A DNA stretch of 39,959 nt, from positions 1-39,959 of the IMG/VR virus record IMGVR_UViG_3300005298_000015; one strand, written 5' to 3'. Both the position numbers and the translations under genes were made by a program. The notes below the pieces were generated by a model. That model had not been told where the DNA came from and did not search any database. It saw nothing but the letters and a program-made list of their open reading frames with translations. Within the stretch, counting starts at the first letter, position 1. The number at the start of each line of letters is the position of its first letter. Shown piece after piece: positions 7,051 to 15,882 of this stretch. Origin of the DNA: a virus. Taxonomy: Duplodnaviria; Caudoviricetes.

Positions 7051-7079
7051 TTGACTTTTAAACGTTTTTGTGTTATAGA
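7051..7079 (+). promoter_or_regulatory. promoter of the replication gene
   Basis: TTGACT(7051-7056)-N17-TATAGA(7074-7079) with TG extension. Confidence 0.75.
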
Positions 7080-7099
7080 ATGCGGAAAGGAAGCAATAA

Positions 7100-9781
7100 A
7101 TGAAATATTACAGACAGCCACCCAAGAAGAGAACCATTGATCCCCTTCTTGAGGAATACTTAAAGCTATACCAAAAGTACAATTTTAAAGTCATTCCTTT
7201 ATCTGTTAATTCAAAAGTTCCAATTAAAGACTTACCTTTACAAGATATCTATAACGGGGAATCCTATGTTTACAACTGGGATTTTCATGAGGGCAATATC
7301 GGTATTGTAACTGGCTTTGAAAACTTAGCTGTGATTGACTGTGACAACCAAGAAACAGCCCAATGGCTTGAAGAGCAACCCGAATATCAACCTACTGTTG
7401 TAGTCCGAACCCGCAGAGGTTTTCATTATTACTTTTTTATCATTGATGCCACAAAACACGACTATTACACTACAGGGGTAAAAGATAAAGAAGGCAAATT
7501 TAAAATCGACTTCTGTTTCGGAAAAAAATATGTAGTAGCCCCACCATCGGAAATACGGGAAAACGGCAATGTTTACCAATATCGTTTTATACAAAACTTT
7601 GATCTTGCCAGCCGCAGATTGGATATTGCTATATTAACCCTTTCAGCCTATCACAACCTAATCAAAAAAGCCCGAGAAAAAGCAGGCCGAACCCTGATAG
7701 CTGATGAAGTAGCCGAAAAAGTAAAGTTTTATCAAAACTCACATACGGATGTAGGGGCTCTTAATTGTTTCCTTGAGATTATTGAAATTGTCAAAAGATA
7801 TTACACCGAAGGTAATAGACAATCTTTTTGGCTTGGATTAGCAGGCATAGGTCGTAAATTAGGTTTAAAACAAGAACAGGTACTGGATATTTTAAGGCGT
7901 GAGTTATACGAAGGACTTAATGACACCGATCCATGGTCTCAGCGCTTAAGTGCCATTACCGAGACTTTCGAAAAAGACGTTTCCCAAATTGCTGGTATTT
8001 CAATCATTACCCAACTGGTTGATCCAAGTACAGCCGAACACATAAATACCCTTCTGAAGGATTATTCCCGTAAGTATCAGATTCTCCAAAAGGGTGAAGA
8101 CGTTGTTTTAACCGAAGAAGCGCTGGTTCAGGCGGTAAAAATCGTGAAGAAGTGGGGCAAAACTTTTGCTTTGATTGAAGGTGACTGGTACGTTTTGACC
8201 AATAAAGGATACTTAAAGCCCGTTTGCGCCGGCTTCTGGGTACTTGAGACCTGCTATGATCCTAACCTTCAAAAAACCGTTTTAATGATTAAGGATGCTA
8301 AAAACTACCGAGAAGGACAGGTAGGCCTTGATTATGATGAAATCAAAGAATTTTTGGCCCGTCCTATCTTAGATGTAGCGAATTTTAAATATCTCATCTA
8401 CGCTTTACTTGATGAAAAAAAAGAAAAACAAATATTCCACCATACTGGCTGGATTATTTTACCCAACAAAACAAGGATATTTTTACATCCGCTGAATAAC
8501 GAAACATTAGGAAGGTATAACTTAGCTTGCCAGCTACATGCTTCAAAAAAACTTGATCGGATGTTTTGGTATGCTAATTCTGAGGAACAGCATAAATTAG
8601 TCAGGAAGCTTTTACACGAAGGCAATTTGCTTGGCGTTAAGATAGTACTTGCGTGTGCTTCGCTGTTCCTTGATGAGATTACAAAAGGCTTTTCGGTATT
8701 TGACATAGGTCCACGGGAAGTAGGAAAAACGCTAACCTCACAATTTGTGGTTTCTCTTTTTTACGACGCTACAGCCCCCCTGACCACTAAAGCTACAGCG
8801 ACGGGTTTAGAACTTGTTATACAACGCTTTAAGAATTTGCCGATTTTACTTGATGAATTGGCGCTTATTTCCGATCGGAGCGTTGAAGAGTTGGTGTTTT
8901 TGGTTGCATCAGGGCGTGGCAAAACAAGGGGGACAAAAACCTTAGAAATTGACTTTAGGGAACAACATTCGGTTATATTCTGCACAGGTGAAAAGGAGCT
9001 GAAGTTTGACAGGTTTGGGGCTTTTCGAAGGACAGTTTACATCGAACCTACTTTATGGAACGACTATACAATTTACTACCGACCCCGTGAAATAGCCTCA
9101 GCGATAAGCAACATGCAAGGGGTCGGCTTTGACTGGATCAAATACTTAGAAACACACGAATTTAACGATAGTATTTCACTTGAAAACTTTGAAGGTTTTC
9201 CTTTTATAAAAGCGGTTGAAAAATCATTAGCCTTCCTCAAAAAATACTACAACCTGAATGATGCCGAGATGGAGCGTTTGTATTCCAAGATGTGTGAGGT
9301 ATTTTCGGTTCAAGCCGAGAAAAAAATGATTGACCTTGAAGACTATATAATCAACAGCTTTACGGAATTTATACTTCAGAATTTGCCTCGTTTTCTCGTC
9401 TATTCAAACGACGTTCTTACCCGTGGCCCAGCCTCTGCGGTAGGGAACCTATACGGGGTGTTTTTCGTTGACCAAAACAAATTGTTCCTTGTGTCCAAAG
9501 CTCTGAGCGATTTTTGCGAGAACAGCAAAATGAACGAAAAAACGGTCAAGAAAACCTTAGCCGAAAAAGACATCCTGATCCCCCAGATGAGGATCCAAAG
9601 GGGCGAAAAATCCTACAGGCAGATAAAACGCATTAAATATGCCAACACTTCGCTCGTCCTTTCAGGCTACCTTTTTGACCTCAACAAACTCGGCGCTGAA
9701 TTCACCGATCAACTACTTTCCGAATTAACAAGCATGGAAGGCGAAAAATTCAACGTAGGGTTAGATGATTTACCCTTTTAA
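7100..9781 (+). CDS. bifunctional primase-polymerase fused to a DUF927-like P-loop helicase
   Basis: Prim-pol motifs NIGIVTG, VIDCD, T.RG.HYYF, YVVAPPS; Walker A GPREVGKT and Walker B ILLDE; GRGKTRG; acidic DDLPF tail. Confidence 0.85.
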   Translation: MKYYRQPPKKRTIDPLLEEYLKLYQKYNFKVIPLSVNSKVPIKDLPLQDIYNGESYVYNWDFHEGNIGIVTGFENLAVIDCDNQETAQWLEEQPEYQPTVVVRTRRGFHYYFFIIDATKHDYYTTGVKDKEGKFKIDFCFGKKYVVAPPSEIRENGNVYQYRFIQNFDLASRRLDIAILTLSAYHNLIKKAREKAGRTLIADEVAEKVKFYQNSHTDVGALNCFLEIIEIVKRYYTEGNRQSFWLGLAGIGRKLGLKQEQVLDILRRELYEGLNDTDPWSQRLSAITETFEKDVSQIAGISIITQLVDPSTAEHINTLLKDYSRKYQILQKGEDVVLTEEALVQAVKIVKKWGKTFALIEGDWYVLTNKGYLKPVCAGFWVLETCYDPNLQKTVLMIKDAKNYREGQVGLDYDEIKEFLARPILDVANFKYLIYALLDEKKEKQIFHHTGWIILPNKTRIFLHPLNNETLGRYNLACQLHASKKLDRMFWYANSEEQHKLVRKLLHEGNLLGVKIVLACASLFLDEITKGFSVFDIGPREVGKTLTSQFVVSLFYDATAPLTTKATATGLELVIQRFKNLPILLDELALISDRSVEELVFLVASGRGKTRGTKTLEIDFREQHSVIFCTGEKELKFDRFGAFRRTVYIEPTLWNDYTIYYRPREIASAISNMQGVGFDWIKYLETHEFNDSISLENFEGFPFIKAVEKSLAFLKKYYNLNDAEMERLYSKMCEVFSVQAEKKMIDLEDYIINSFTEFILQNLPRFLVYSNDVLTRGPASAVGNLYGVFFVDQNKLFLVSKALSDFCENSKMNEKTVKKTLAEKDILIPQMRIQRGEKSYRQIKRIKYANTSLVLSGYLFDLNKLGAEFTDQLLSELTSMEGEKFNVGLDDLPF

Positions 9782-9788
9782 AAGGGAC

Positions 9789-9817
9789 TTGACAAATTTT
9801 AAAAGTTGTGATATATA
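9789..9817 (+). promoter_or_regulatory. sigma70-type promoter
   Basis: TTGACA(9789-9794)-N17-TATATA(9812-9817) with TG extension. Confidence 0.85.
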
Positions 9818-9844
9818 AAAGAAAAAAGAAAGGAGGTAGGGAAA

Positions 9845-10477
9845 ATGGAGCTTTTTGAAAAACAAAAAAGGCAGGTTAAGGAAGTTAAGGAAGAAGCAGT
9901 ACAAAATGAAGTTATTGAAGTAGCTGAGTCTGCCGCTCCTTCGATGATAGAGTCTGTGCTTTCTCCTTCTGAACTCCCCATTAAAGACGAATTTATTGAA
10001 GCTGTGACGCAAGTGGAAAAGCGGCTTGAGTTTTTAGATCGGCTGAAGTCAGCGGTTTTAAAATTGACACGAGCAACGGACTGGGTGAACTTCGGGGGCT
10101 CTGCCTATTTATGCGCTCAAGGAGCCGAACGATTAGCTCAAATGTTTGGAATAAACTTCAGGATTTTAGAGGAGCCGCAAAAAGTTGACCTTGAGGATGG
10201 TCATTTTTACGTAATCATCAAAGGTGAATTTGAGTGGAAAGGCAGGAAACTCCAAGATTACGGTATTCGTTCAAGTAAAGACATCAAATACAAAAATCTT
10301 CCTCCTGACCAAGTAAAGGTTAGCGATGTGATTAAAGATGCATATGGTAACCTAATTGCAAGGGGTATTTCAAGAATGCTTGGGATAAGGGGATATACTG
10401 TAGAAGAAATTGAAGGGGTTGTTGGTCCAATTAAGAAGACAATAGGTTTTAAGAAGAAGGAAGACAAAGACAATTAA
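9845..10477 (+). CDS. putative single-strand annealing/recombination protein
   Basis: YLCAQGAERLAQMFGI motif recalls phage recombinase-like proteins; same operon as a Cas4-like exonuclease. Confidence 0.45.
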   Translation: MELFEKQKRQVKEVKEEAVQNEVIEVAESAAPSMIESVLSPSELPIKDEFIEAVTQVEKRLEFLDRLKSAVLKLTRATDWVNFGGSAYLCAQGAERLAQMFGINFRILEEPQKVDLEDGHFYVIIKGEFEWKGRKLQDYGIRSSKDIKYKNLPPDQVKVSDVIKDAYGNLIARGISRMLGIRGYTVEEIEGVVGPIKKTIGFKKKEDKDN

Positions 10478-10492
10478 ATAAGGAGGTGCAAC

Positions 10493-10711
10493 ATGAGGAA
10501 GCAGTATATTGAAGTTGGAGGAGATTTTATAGCTATACCAAACATCAGCTCAGTGACATTTTTAAAGAATGAGAAAACAAATACTTGGAGTGTGAGATTT
10601 GGGTTAGGAAAGTATTATTTGGATTACGAACTGATGCCTGATGAAGCTGAAAAATTACGTAAATTCCTAAGGGATACGGTAATCTTAAGCATAGACAAAA
10701 TTGAAGAATAG
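10493..10711 (+). CDS. hypothetical protein
   Basis: 72-aa ORF with AAGGAGGTG RBS. Confidence 0.75.
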   Translation: MRKQYIEVGGDFIAIPNISSVTFLKNEKTNTWSVRFGLGKYYLDYELMPDEAEKLRKFLRDTVILSIDKIEE

Positions 10712-10721
10712 GAGGTGCCAA

Positions 10722-11294
10722 ATGAAAACATATTGTCTGCGTTTAGACAAAGATCTTTATAAAAAGGTAATACAATATATTGCTTCACTGAAAGGAAGCA
10801 TGAGTGGTTTAACCTACATGGCATTACAACGCTTATTTGAAGCATACAAAGATGAATTTCCAGACATTTACGAGGTTTTTTACAATCGCAAAACTGCAAC
10901 TAAGGCTGACAAATCTAAACCATTTCGGATCGGGGTTATGCTGGACGATCATGTTTTAGACGCCTTAGAGATGCTGTCTGAAAAGGTTTGCGTTTCCAAA
11001 AACGAATTAATCAGGAATGCATTAAAGAGCTATTTTGATGATGTTCCTATCAATTTTTTAAGTCCCACTAATATTGTTGAAGTGCCCGAATTCGCAGTGG
11101 ACCAAAAGGGCGTTCAAATTGCCAAAAACATGACCAAGGAAAAACACATAAACTTACACTGCAGCGAGGATCTTCATACAAAGTTCAAAGAAATTGCTCA
11201 AAAGTATAACTTGACCATTTCAGATCTAATGAGGATTTTAATTATGCAGTTTATAAAACAAGAGGAGGAAAAAGAAGCTTTACAAAAACAATAA
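10722..11294 (+). CDS. multi-domain ribbon-helix-helix (CopG/Arc-like) DNA-binding protein
   Basis: ATG 10722 after GGAGGTG; three RHH-like units: YCLRLDKDLY, IGVMLDDHVLDALE..S..ELIRNAL, INLHCSEDLH..TISDLMR. Confidence 0.75.
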   Translation: MKTYCLRLDKDLYKKVIQYIASLKGSMSGLTYMALQRLFEAYKDEFPDIYEVFYNRKTATKADKSKPFRIGVMLDDHVLDALEMLSEKVCVSKNELIRNALKSYFDDVPINFLSPTNIVEVPEFAVDQKGVQIAKNMTKEKHINLHCSEDLHTKFKEIAQKYNLTISDLMRILIMQFIKQEEEKEALQKQ

Positions 11295-11309
11295 AAAAGG
11301 AGGGTTAAA

Positions 11310-12299
11310 ATGTTGATTGAAAAAATTAAACAAATCAAAAAAGGAAGTGTAGCGCCTGTTCATTCAAACAGGTGCTCAACAATAGGCCATGACTGTCTCA
11401 GGTATTTGGTTTACGAGCGTACTATGTGGCATGTAAAGCCTGAGCCGAGTTTTGATCTTCTGAATCGTTTTGATATAGGAAAGATTTTAGAAAGGCAAAC
11501 TATAATTGACCTACAGCAAGCAGGTGTTGATGTGATCTTGCAGCAACAGTCATATTACTTGAAGGAGTACGAGTTGAGCGGAAAAATTGATGGTAAAGTA
11601 GTTGTAGATGGTAAAACCTACATCATAGAGATAAAATCTGTTGATTCTTATTCGTTCCATGTTTTTCGTTCAGTCGAAGATTTTTTGAACACCGACAAAG
11701 TATGGCATCGTGGGTGGTATCATCAGTTGAATATGTATTTGCATATGGCCACTTCTGAAGGTGAGAAAGTAGAAGGCGGGATTATTATTTTGCGTTCGCT
11801 TGATGGAAAGTGGAAAGAGATTCCTATGTCTTATAATCCCCAAAAGGCCCAAGAAGTACTTCAGAAGTGTTTGATGATTAACGAATACGTTAAAAAAGAA
11901 GAAGTTCCAGAGCCAATATACAAGTCTAATCCCGAAAAAATCAAAATTTGCTTGGAATGTGCATACAAAACCTTCTGTTTGACCGAAATGCCGAGCATGG
12001 AGCATGTTATTTTTGAAGAAGCTAACCAAGAAATGATTGAGAAAATCAAGCGCCTGAAGGACTTAGAAGCTTACAAAAAAGAATACGAAGCCTTAGAAGA
12101 AGAGATCAAATCTGCTTTCAAACCAGACAAGCAACTTATGAAAGAAATGTTAAATAAAAATCAAGATTTTAAGGCTTTTGTGTTAGGTGATTATGTTGTA
12201 AAAATGAAGCTTTATTGGCAAACAAGATATGATATTCCTGAAGAGATCAAGAAAGAATATGCCAAAAAAGAGCCAGCTTGCAGGATAACTATTGAATAG
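11310..12299 (+). CDS. Cas4-like PD-(D/E)XK exonuclease
   Basis: LSGKIDG, IIEIKS, YHQLNMYL motifs; N-terminal Cys plus C-terminal CLECAYKTFC (Fe-S-type arrangement). Confidence 0.8.
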   Translation: MLIEKIKQIKKGSVAPVHSNRCSTIGHDCLRYLVYERTMWHVKPEPSFDLLNRFDIGKILERQTIIDLQQAGVDVILQQQSYYLKEYELSGKIDGKVVVDGKTYIIEIKSVDSYSFHVFRSVEDFLNTDKVWHRGWYHQLNMYLHMATSEGEKVEGGIIILRSLDGKWKEIPMSYNPQKAQEVLQKCLMINEYVKKEEVPEPIYKSNPEKIKICLECAYKTFCLTEMPSMEHVIFEEANQEMIEKIKRLKDLEAYKKEYEALEEEIKSAFKPDKQLMKEMLNKNQDFKAFVLGDYVVKMKLYWQTRYDIPEEIKKEYAKKEPACRITIE

Positions 12300-12308
12300 G
12301 AGGTAATC

Positions 12309-12590
12309 ATGAGAGTCATTATGCTTAAAACCTTGGTAAAATACGGGCCTTACATGGTAGTAGGCAAAAAGGTAACTTTTCAAAAAGAGATTGATTTTGT
12401 TCCACCTAAAGGCATAGTAATTTTATTAAAAAGTCAAGAGTATGTGAAGTACGACACTGTAGAAGAAGTTTATTGGAACACTTTAGAAAACATAATCACT
12501 TGTTATCTGCGCCATGAAAATGTGATGTCCGACGAGGAATTTGAGAAAATTAAACGAATTTTTGAAGCATCAGGATGGGTTAAGGTTTAA
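12309..12590 (+). CDS. hypothetical protein
   Basis: 93-aa ORF with AGGAGGT RBS. Confidence 0.75.
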   Translation: MRVIMLKTLVKYGPYMVVGKKVTFQKEIDFVPPKGIVILLKSQEYVKYDTVEEVYWNTLENIITCYLRHENVMSDEEFEKIKRIFEASGWVKV

Positions 12591-12595
12591 AAACG

Positions 12596-13192
12596 ATGAA
12601 AATAAAGGTAAACGACAAAATAGCGAAACTTCCGTCTGACACGATTAGCCCTTATCATACCGTTTTCACCGACATTGTGCTTGAGATAATCCATTTGTTT
12701 GTTTTAAAAGCCATAAAGGAAAATTTGAGCTGGATTGAAGCAATTAAGTTGGTATATCAATTATTTGACTTACCTGAAGTAATTCCGTGGAACAAAGCCA
12801 AAGACCTTTTGAAAACAGACATAAAACTTTATTCCAAACTTGCCAAAAAAAGGATGAGAAAGTTTTTGATCCCTTCTGATTTAAAGGATGTTTTGATAGA
12901 AACACGGGTTCTTTATCTTTACCTTCTTACTTTATTCCCCAAGCCTTTTGCTCGCCTTTTAGCCTATGACTACGCATTTTTTCATCCCAGCATGCAAAAA
13001 TATCCTTTTGCTATCACCACTTCGTTAATAGCTGATGCTTTGAGCTTAAAAAGACACTTTTACGAATATACAACAGCAAACCTAAAAAACGCTTTTGAAA
13101 GACTGAAAATAACAGGACCTTTAAGGGGTGTAGAAATCGAATTTGAAGACTTGTTTAGGATTGAGGAAGAAGAAGCAAAAGCTATTGAATAG
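12596..13192 (+). CDS. hypothetical protein
   Basis: 198-aa ORF closing the + strand operon; overlaps the end of terL by 11 bp. Confidence 0.7.
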   Translation: MKIKVNDKIAKLPSDTISPYHTVFTDIVLEIIHLFVLKAIKENLSWIEAIKLVYQLFDLPEVIPWNKAKDLLKTDIKLYSKLAKKRMRKFLIPSDLKDVLIETRVLYLYLLTLFPKPFARLLAYDYAFFHPSMQKYPFAITTSLIADALSLKRHFYEYTTANLKNAFERLKITGPLRGVEIEFEDLFRIEEEEAKAIE

Positions 13193-14933
13193 GTATCACT
13201 ACGCTTCCAAACCGCAGAATTTTTCTTTCCCTACTTTGTTGACTTTTAATGCGATCAATTCTGCCTCTCACAAAACGCATGTAAGTTTCAATTGCTAAAG
13301 CCGCTCCAATTACCCTGTCATCTTTAAAACCCGATTGGGCTTCTATAACTGCGCCGTCTTTAATGACCGTTTTCATTTCCTTTAAAAGTTCCCTCGATCT
13401 TATGATTACCCTGTTTTCGGCAATAGCTCCACGCATTACATGGAATAAATCGACTTTTGTGTCTGGTGTGGTTTTCCAATGCCTTACATAGCTTTTCCTT
13501 AAGGAGTCCGCCCGACAATAAAGGTATTCCTTAATGTATCGGATGTTGTTCTGCAAATATTCTTTCGATTCAGAGTCTAAAACTACATCAGGAACCCATC
13601 CCATTTTTCTTAAGTAGTCAATTTCACGCAAAGTTGATTGACCAGGTCCTGTAATTTCAAGGTTAATGTAAGCTCCATTGTAAAGACCAGCAAGAAGCAG
13701 GATAAAACGAGCAAAAAGCTGAGGGCTTACTTGGTTGTCAACGAATTCAGCTACCTGAAAAACTTTTTCAGGTTCAGCCCTCCATACCGAAATGACCGCA
13801 TTATCACTGTCAGGATTAGCCGCCATCGTAGGATCAGCCCCTATCACATAAACGGCATTTGCATCAGGAAACTCCCAGATTAACAGGTTGGGTTTTACGG
13901 TAGTTTCTTGAAATACAAAATTGGTCCCATCATAAGCCAAACGATAGCTTTTTTCTTTAATTAACCCCATTTTTGTTTCTTCACGCAGATAATCTTCGAG
14001 GTTTTTTATAAGAGCAGCATCAAAGAAACGATTCCCAGACAACTGGAATGCCTGATCTTCAAAGAAAGGAAGCTCTTGAAGGGCATAATTTTTGTTGGCA
14101 TTGTAGGCTTCGTAAAGCTTCCATCTCCACCACGCCATTTGAGGCATAGTGATTTTGAAGTTATAAAGCTTTTCAACCGCTTCAACCCACTCTTTTTCCT
14201 CACGGTTTAGAGGATAACAGAAAAATTGATAAGTTTTGCTGTTAGGGTCAAGCTTATAAGTTTCCTTTGTCCACCAGCCTATAAAGATCGCCTTCATAGC
14301 AGGTGACTTTTTGGCTGTTTCATACAAATCATAAAACTCATTGTAGCCATTAGCCGTGCTTTCATAGATGTAAAAACGGGCAGGGTGTAAATCAGACAAG
14401 CTTTGCTGTAGTGAATGAAAATCATCCCAAGAGTTAAAATAAGCAACCTCTGTGGCATGCAAAAAATTATAAGCCTTACCTCGTCCAGTTTTCCCTTGCC
14501 CAGTGGAACGCTTTGACGTATATAAAAAATGCAAAGACGAATTGTTTGCAAACCTTAACCCTTCACGGGAATTACTGGTTAAAAGGACCTGGTATTTTTC
14601 GTCTATCATATCGTAAAAATCATGAACTATAGTGCGCCTTATGATGTCTAAATCCGAATAGTCAGCTACTAAAATAGCTCCTTTGCTGTTTGGAATTACT
14701 TGGTGATAAAATAAAGTAAAAGCATTAATAAACGAAGTGATCCCTAACTGACGGGCTTTCAAAACTACAAAAGTCCGCTGTTCGGGATCTGATTGGTAAA
14801 TTTGTTTCAAAAGATACTTCTGACTCTGCCACCACCTCTTTAGGCTAAATTTGATAAGCCCATAATCTTTCGAGTTTATGTGTAAATACTCCGCCCATTT
14901 AACAAATTTTTTACAAAGCTTTTGTAAATCCAT
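13182..14933 (-). CDS. terL: terminase large subunit
   Basis: LKARQLGITS Walker A, LHATEVA Walker B, YESTANG coupling motif, VIGADP and DDRVI nuclease motifs. Confidence 0.93.
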   Translation of the reverse strand: MDLQKLCKKFVKWAEYLHINSKDYGLIKFSLKRWWQSQKYLLKQIYQSDPEQRTFVVLKARQLGITSFINAFTLFYHQVIPNSKGAILVADYSDLDIIRRTIVHDFYDMIDEKYQVLLTSNSREGLRFANNSSLHFLYTSKRSTGQGKTGRGKAYNFLHATEVAYFNSWDDFHSLQQSLSDLHPARFYIYESTANGYNEFYDLYETAKKSPAMKAIFIGWWTKETYKLDPNSKTYQFFCYPLNREEKEWVEAVEKLYNFKITMPQMAWWRWKLYEAYNANKNYALQELPFFEDQAFQLSGNRFFDAALIKNLEDYLREETKMGLIKEKSYRLAYDGTNFVFQETTVKPNLLIWEFPDANAVYVIGADPTMAANPDSDNAVISVWRAEPEKVFQVAEFVDNQVSPQLFARFILLLAGLYNGAYINLEITGPGQSTLREIDYLRKMGWVPDVVLDSESKEYLQNNIRYIKEYLYCRADSLRKSYVRHWKTTPDTKVDLFHVMRGAIAENRVIIRSRELLKEMKTVIKDGAVIEAQSGFKDDRVIGAALAIETYMRFVRGRIDRIKSQQSRERKILRFGSVVIPIQ

Positions 14934-15215
14934 TTAGTCCTCAAATTCTAATGTGGTTTTGTAGTATTTGATGAAATAGTAAAGCGCCAAATAACCTATT
15001 TGGTCATATTTGTAAACGGTAAAAACTATAGTCTTTTTGGCTCTATTCACAGGATCCAACCCCTCAACGATAATTTGCAAACTTTGCAAAACAGATTCAA
15101 ACGTATCACACAGTTTTGAACATAGTTTGCGGCGAATAGATGGATGTAAATTGTCTATTTCTTGAATAAGTTGTTGAATCTTTTTAGCTTGTTTTATTGT
15201 TAACCTTTCTTCCAT
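14934..15215 (-). CDS. hypothetical protein immediately upstream of terL
   Basis: ORF abutting terL; likely start at MEERLT (15215), which shortens the overlap with the upstream gene. Confidence 0.6.
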   Translation of the reverse strand: MEERLTIKQAKKIQQLIQEIDNLHPSIRRKLCSKLCDTFESVLQSLQIIVEGLDPVNRAKKTIVFTVYKYDQIGYLALYYFIKYYKTTLEFED

Positions 15216-15427
15216 ATTGGCAAGTAACTTATGAATAAAAATCCCAAAGAACAAAACATTGCCATGACGTTATCTAATTGTATGGCTTGATAAAACAAAT
15301 ATCCACCCAGACAAGTAGCAAAAACATACAAAACGTTTCTGATATTAGCTAAGGCTCCCAATACAATACCTAAAAACAGATCTGGGTGTTTCTTTTTTTC
15401 TTTGTTTTCTTTGTTTTCTTTCATCAT
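15200..15427 (-). CDS. small membrane protein
   Basis: Charged N-terminus followed by two to three hydrophobic segments. Confidence 0.65.
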   Translation of the reverse strand: MMKENKENKEKKKHPDLFLGIVLGALANIRNVLYVFATCLGGYLFYQAIQLDNVMAMFCSLGFLFISYLPIWKKG

Positions 15428-15858
15428 TCTCCCCTCCTTCTTAGTTTCTTAAGGAGTTCTTCTAAAGTTAAAGAAGCGCCAACACCAGGATAATTATCTT
15501 GGTCTGTTAATTGTTCTTTTGCTTCTTCATTTTCATCTTCGGTTTCTTCAACTTCCTCTTCGTCTTCCTCTTCATTTTCTTCTTCGTCTTCATCTTCAAG
15601 TTCATCCTCTTCCTCTGGATTTTTTTCTTCTTCTAACCCCAAAAGATCTTCTATATCTTCATCTCCTTCTTCCCATCCGCTTGATCCACCAGCAATAAGA
15701 TTAAGTTCACCTGCCGTTTTAATAGCCTTCCTGAATTCCCCCATTAACCTAAGTCCTTGTTCAATTTTGCCTTCTTTAAACGAAATTCTGGCCAATTCTA
15801 AAATTTCACTTGCTAACTCCTTTAAGGCTTCGGTTAACTCTTTCCACGTTTGGGCCAT
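15424..15858 (-). CDS. protein with long Asp/Glu tract (possible small terminase or DNA mimic)
   Basis: AGGAGGTG RBS; helical N-terminus, central E/D run, basic C-terminus. Confidence 0.7.
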   Translation of the reverse strand: MAQTWKELTEALKELASEILELARISFKEGKIEQGLRLMGEFRKAIKTAGELNLIAGGSSGWEEGDEDIEDLLGLEEEKNPEEEDELEDEDEEENEEEDEEEVEETEDENEEAKEQLTDQDNYPGVGASLTLEELLKKLRRRGE

Positions 15859-15882
15859 GGTACACCTCCTATTTAAATTATA

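Noticed and set aside
5401-12299. Complete phage-encoded CRISPR-Cas system (Cas7 + Cas4 + array)
   Set aside because: The parts are dispersed, and no cas1, cas2, cas3, cas5, cas6, cas8 or cas10 was recognised; the Cas4-like gene sits in a recombination-type operon
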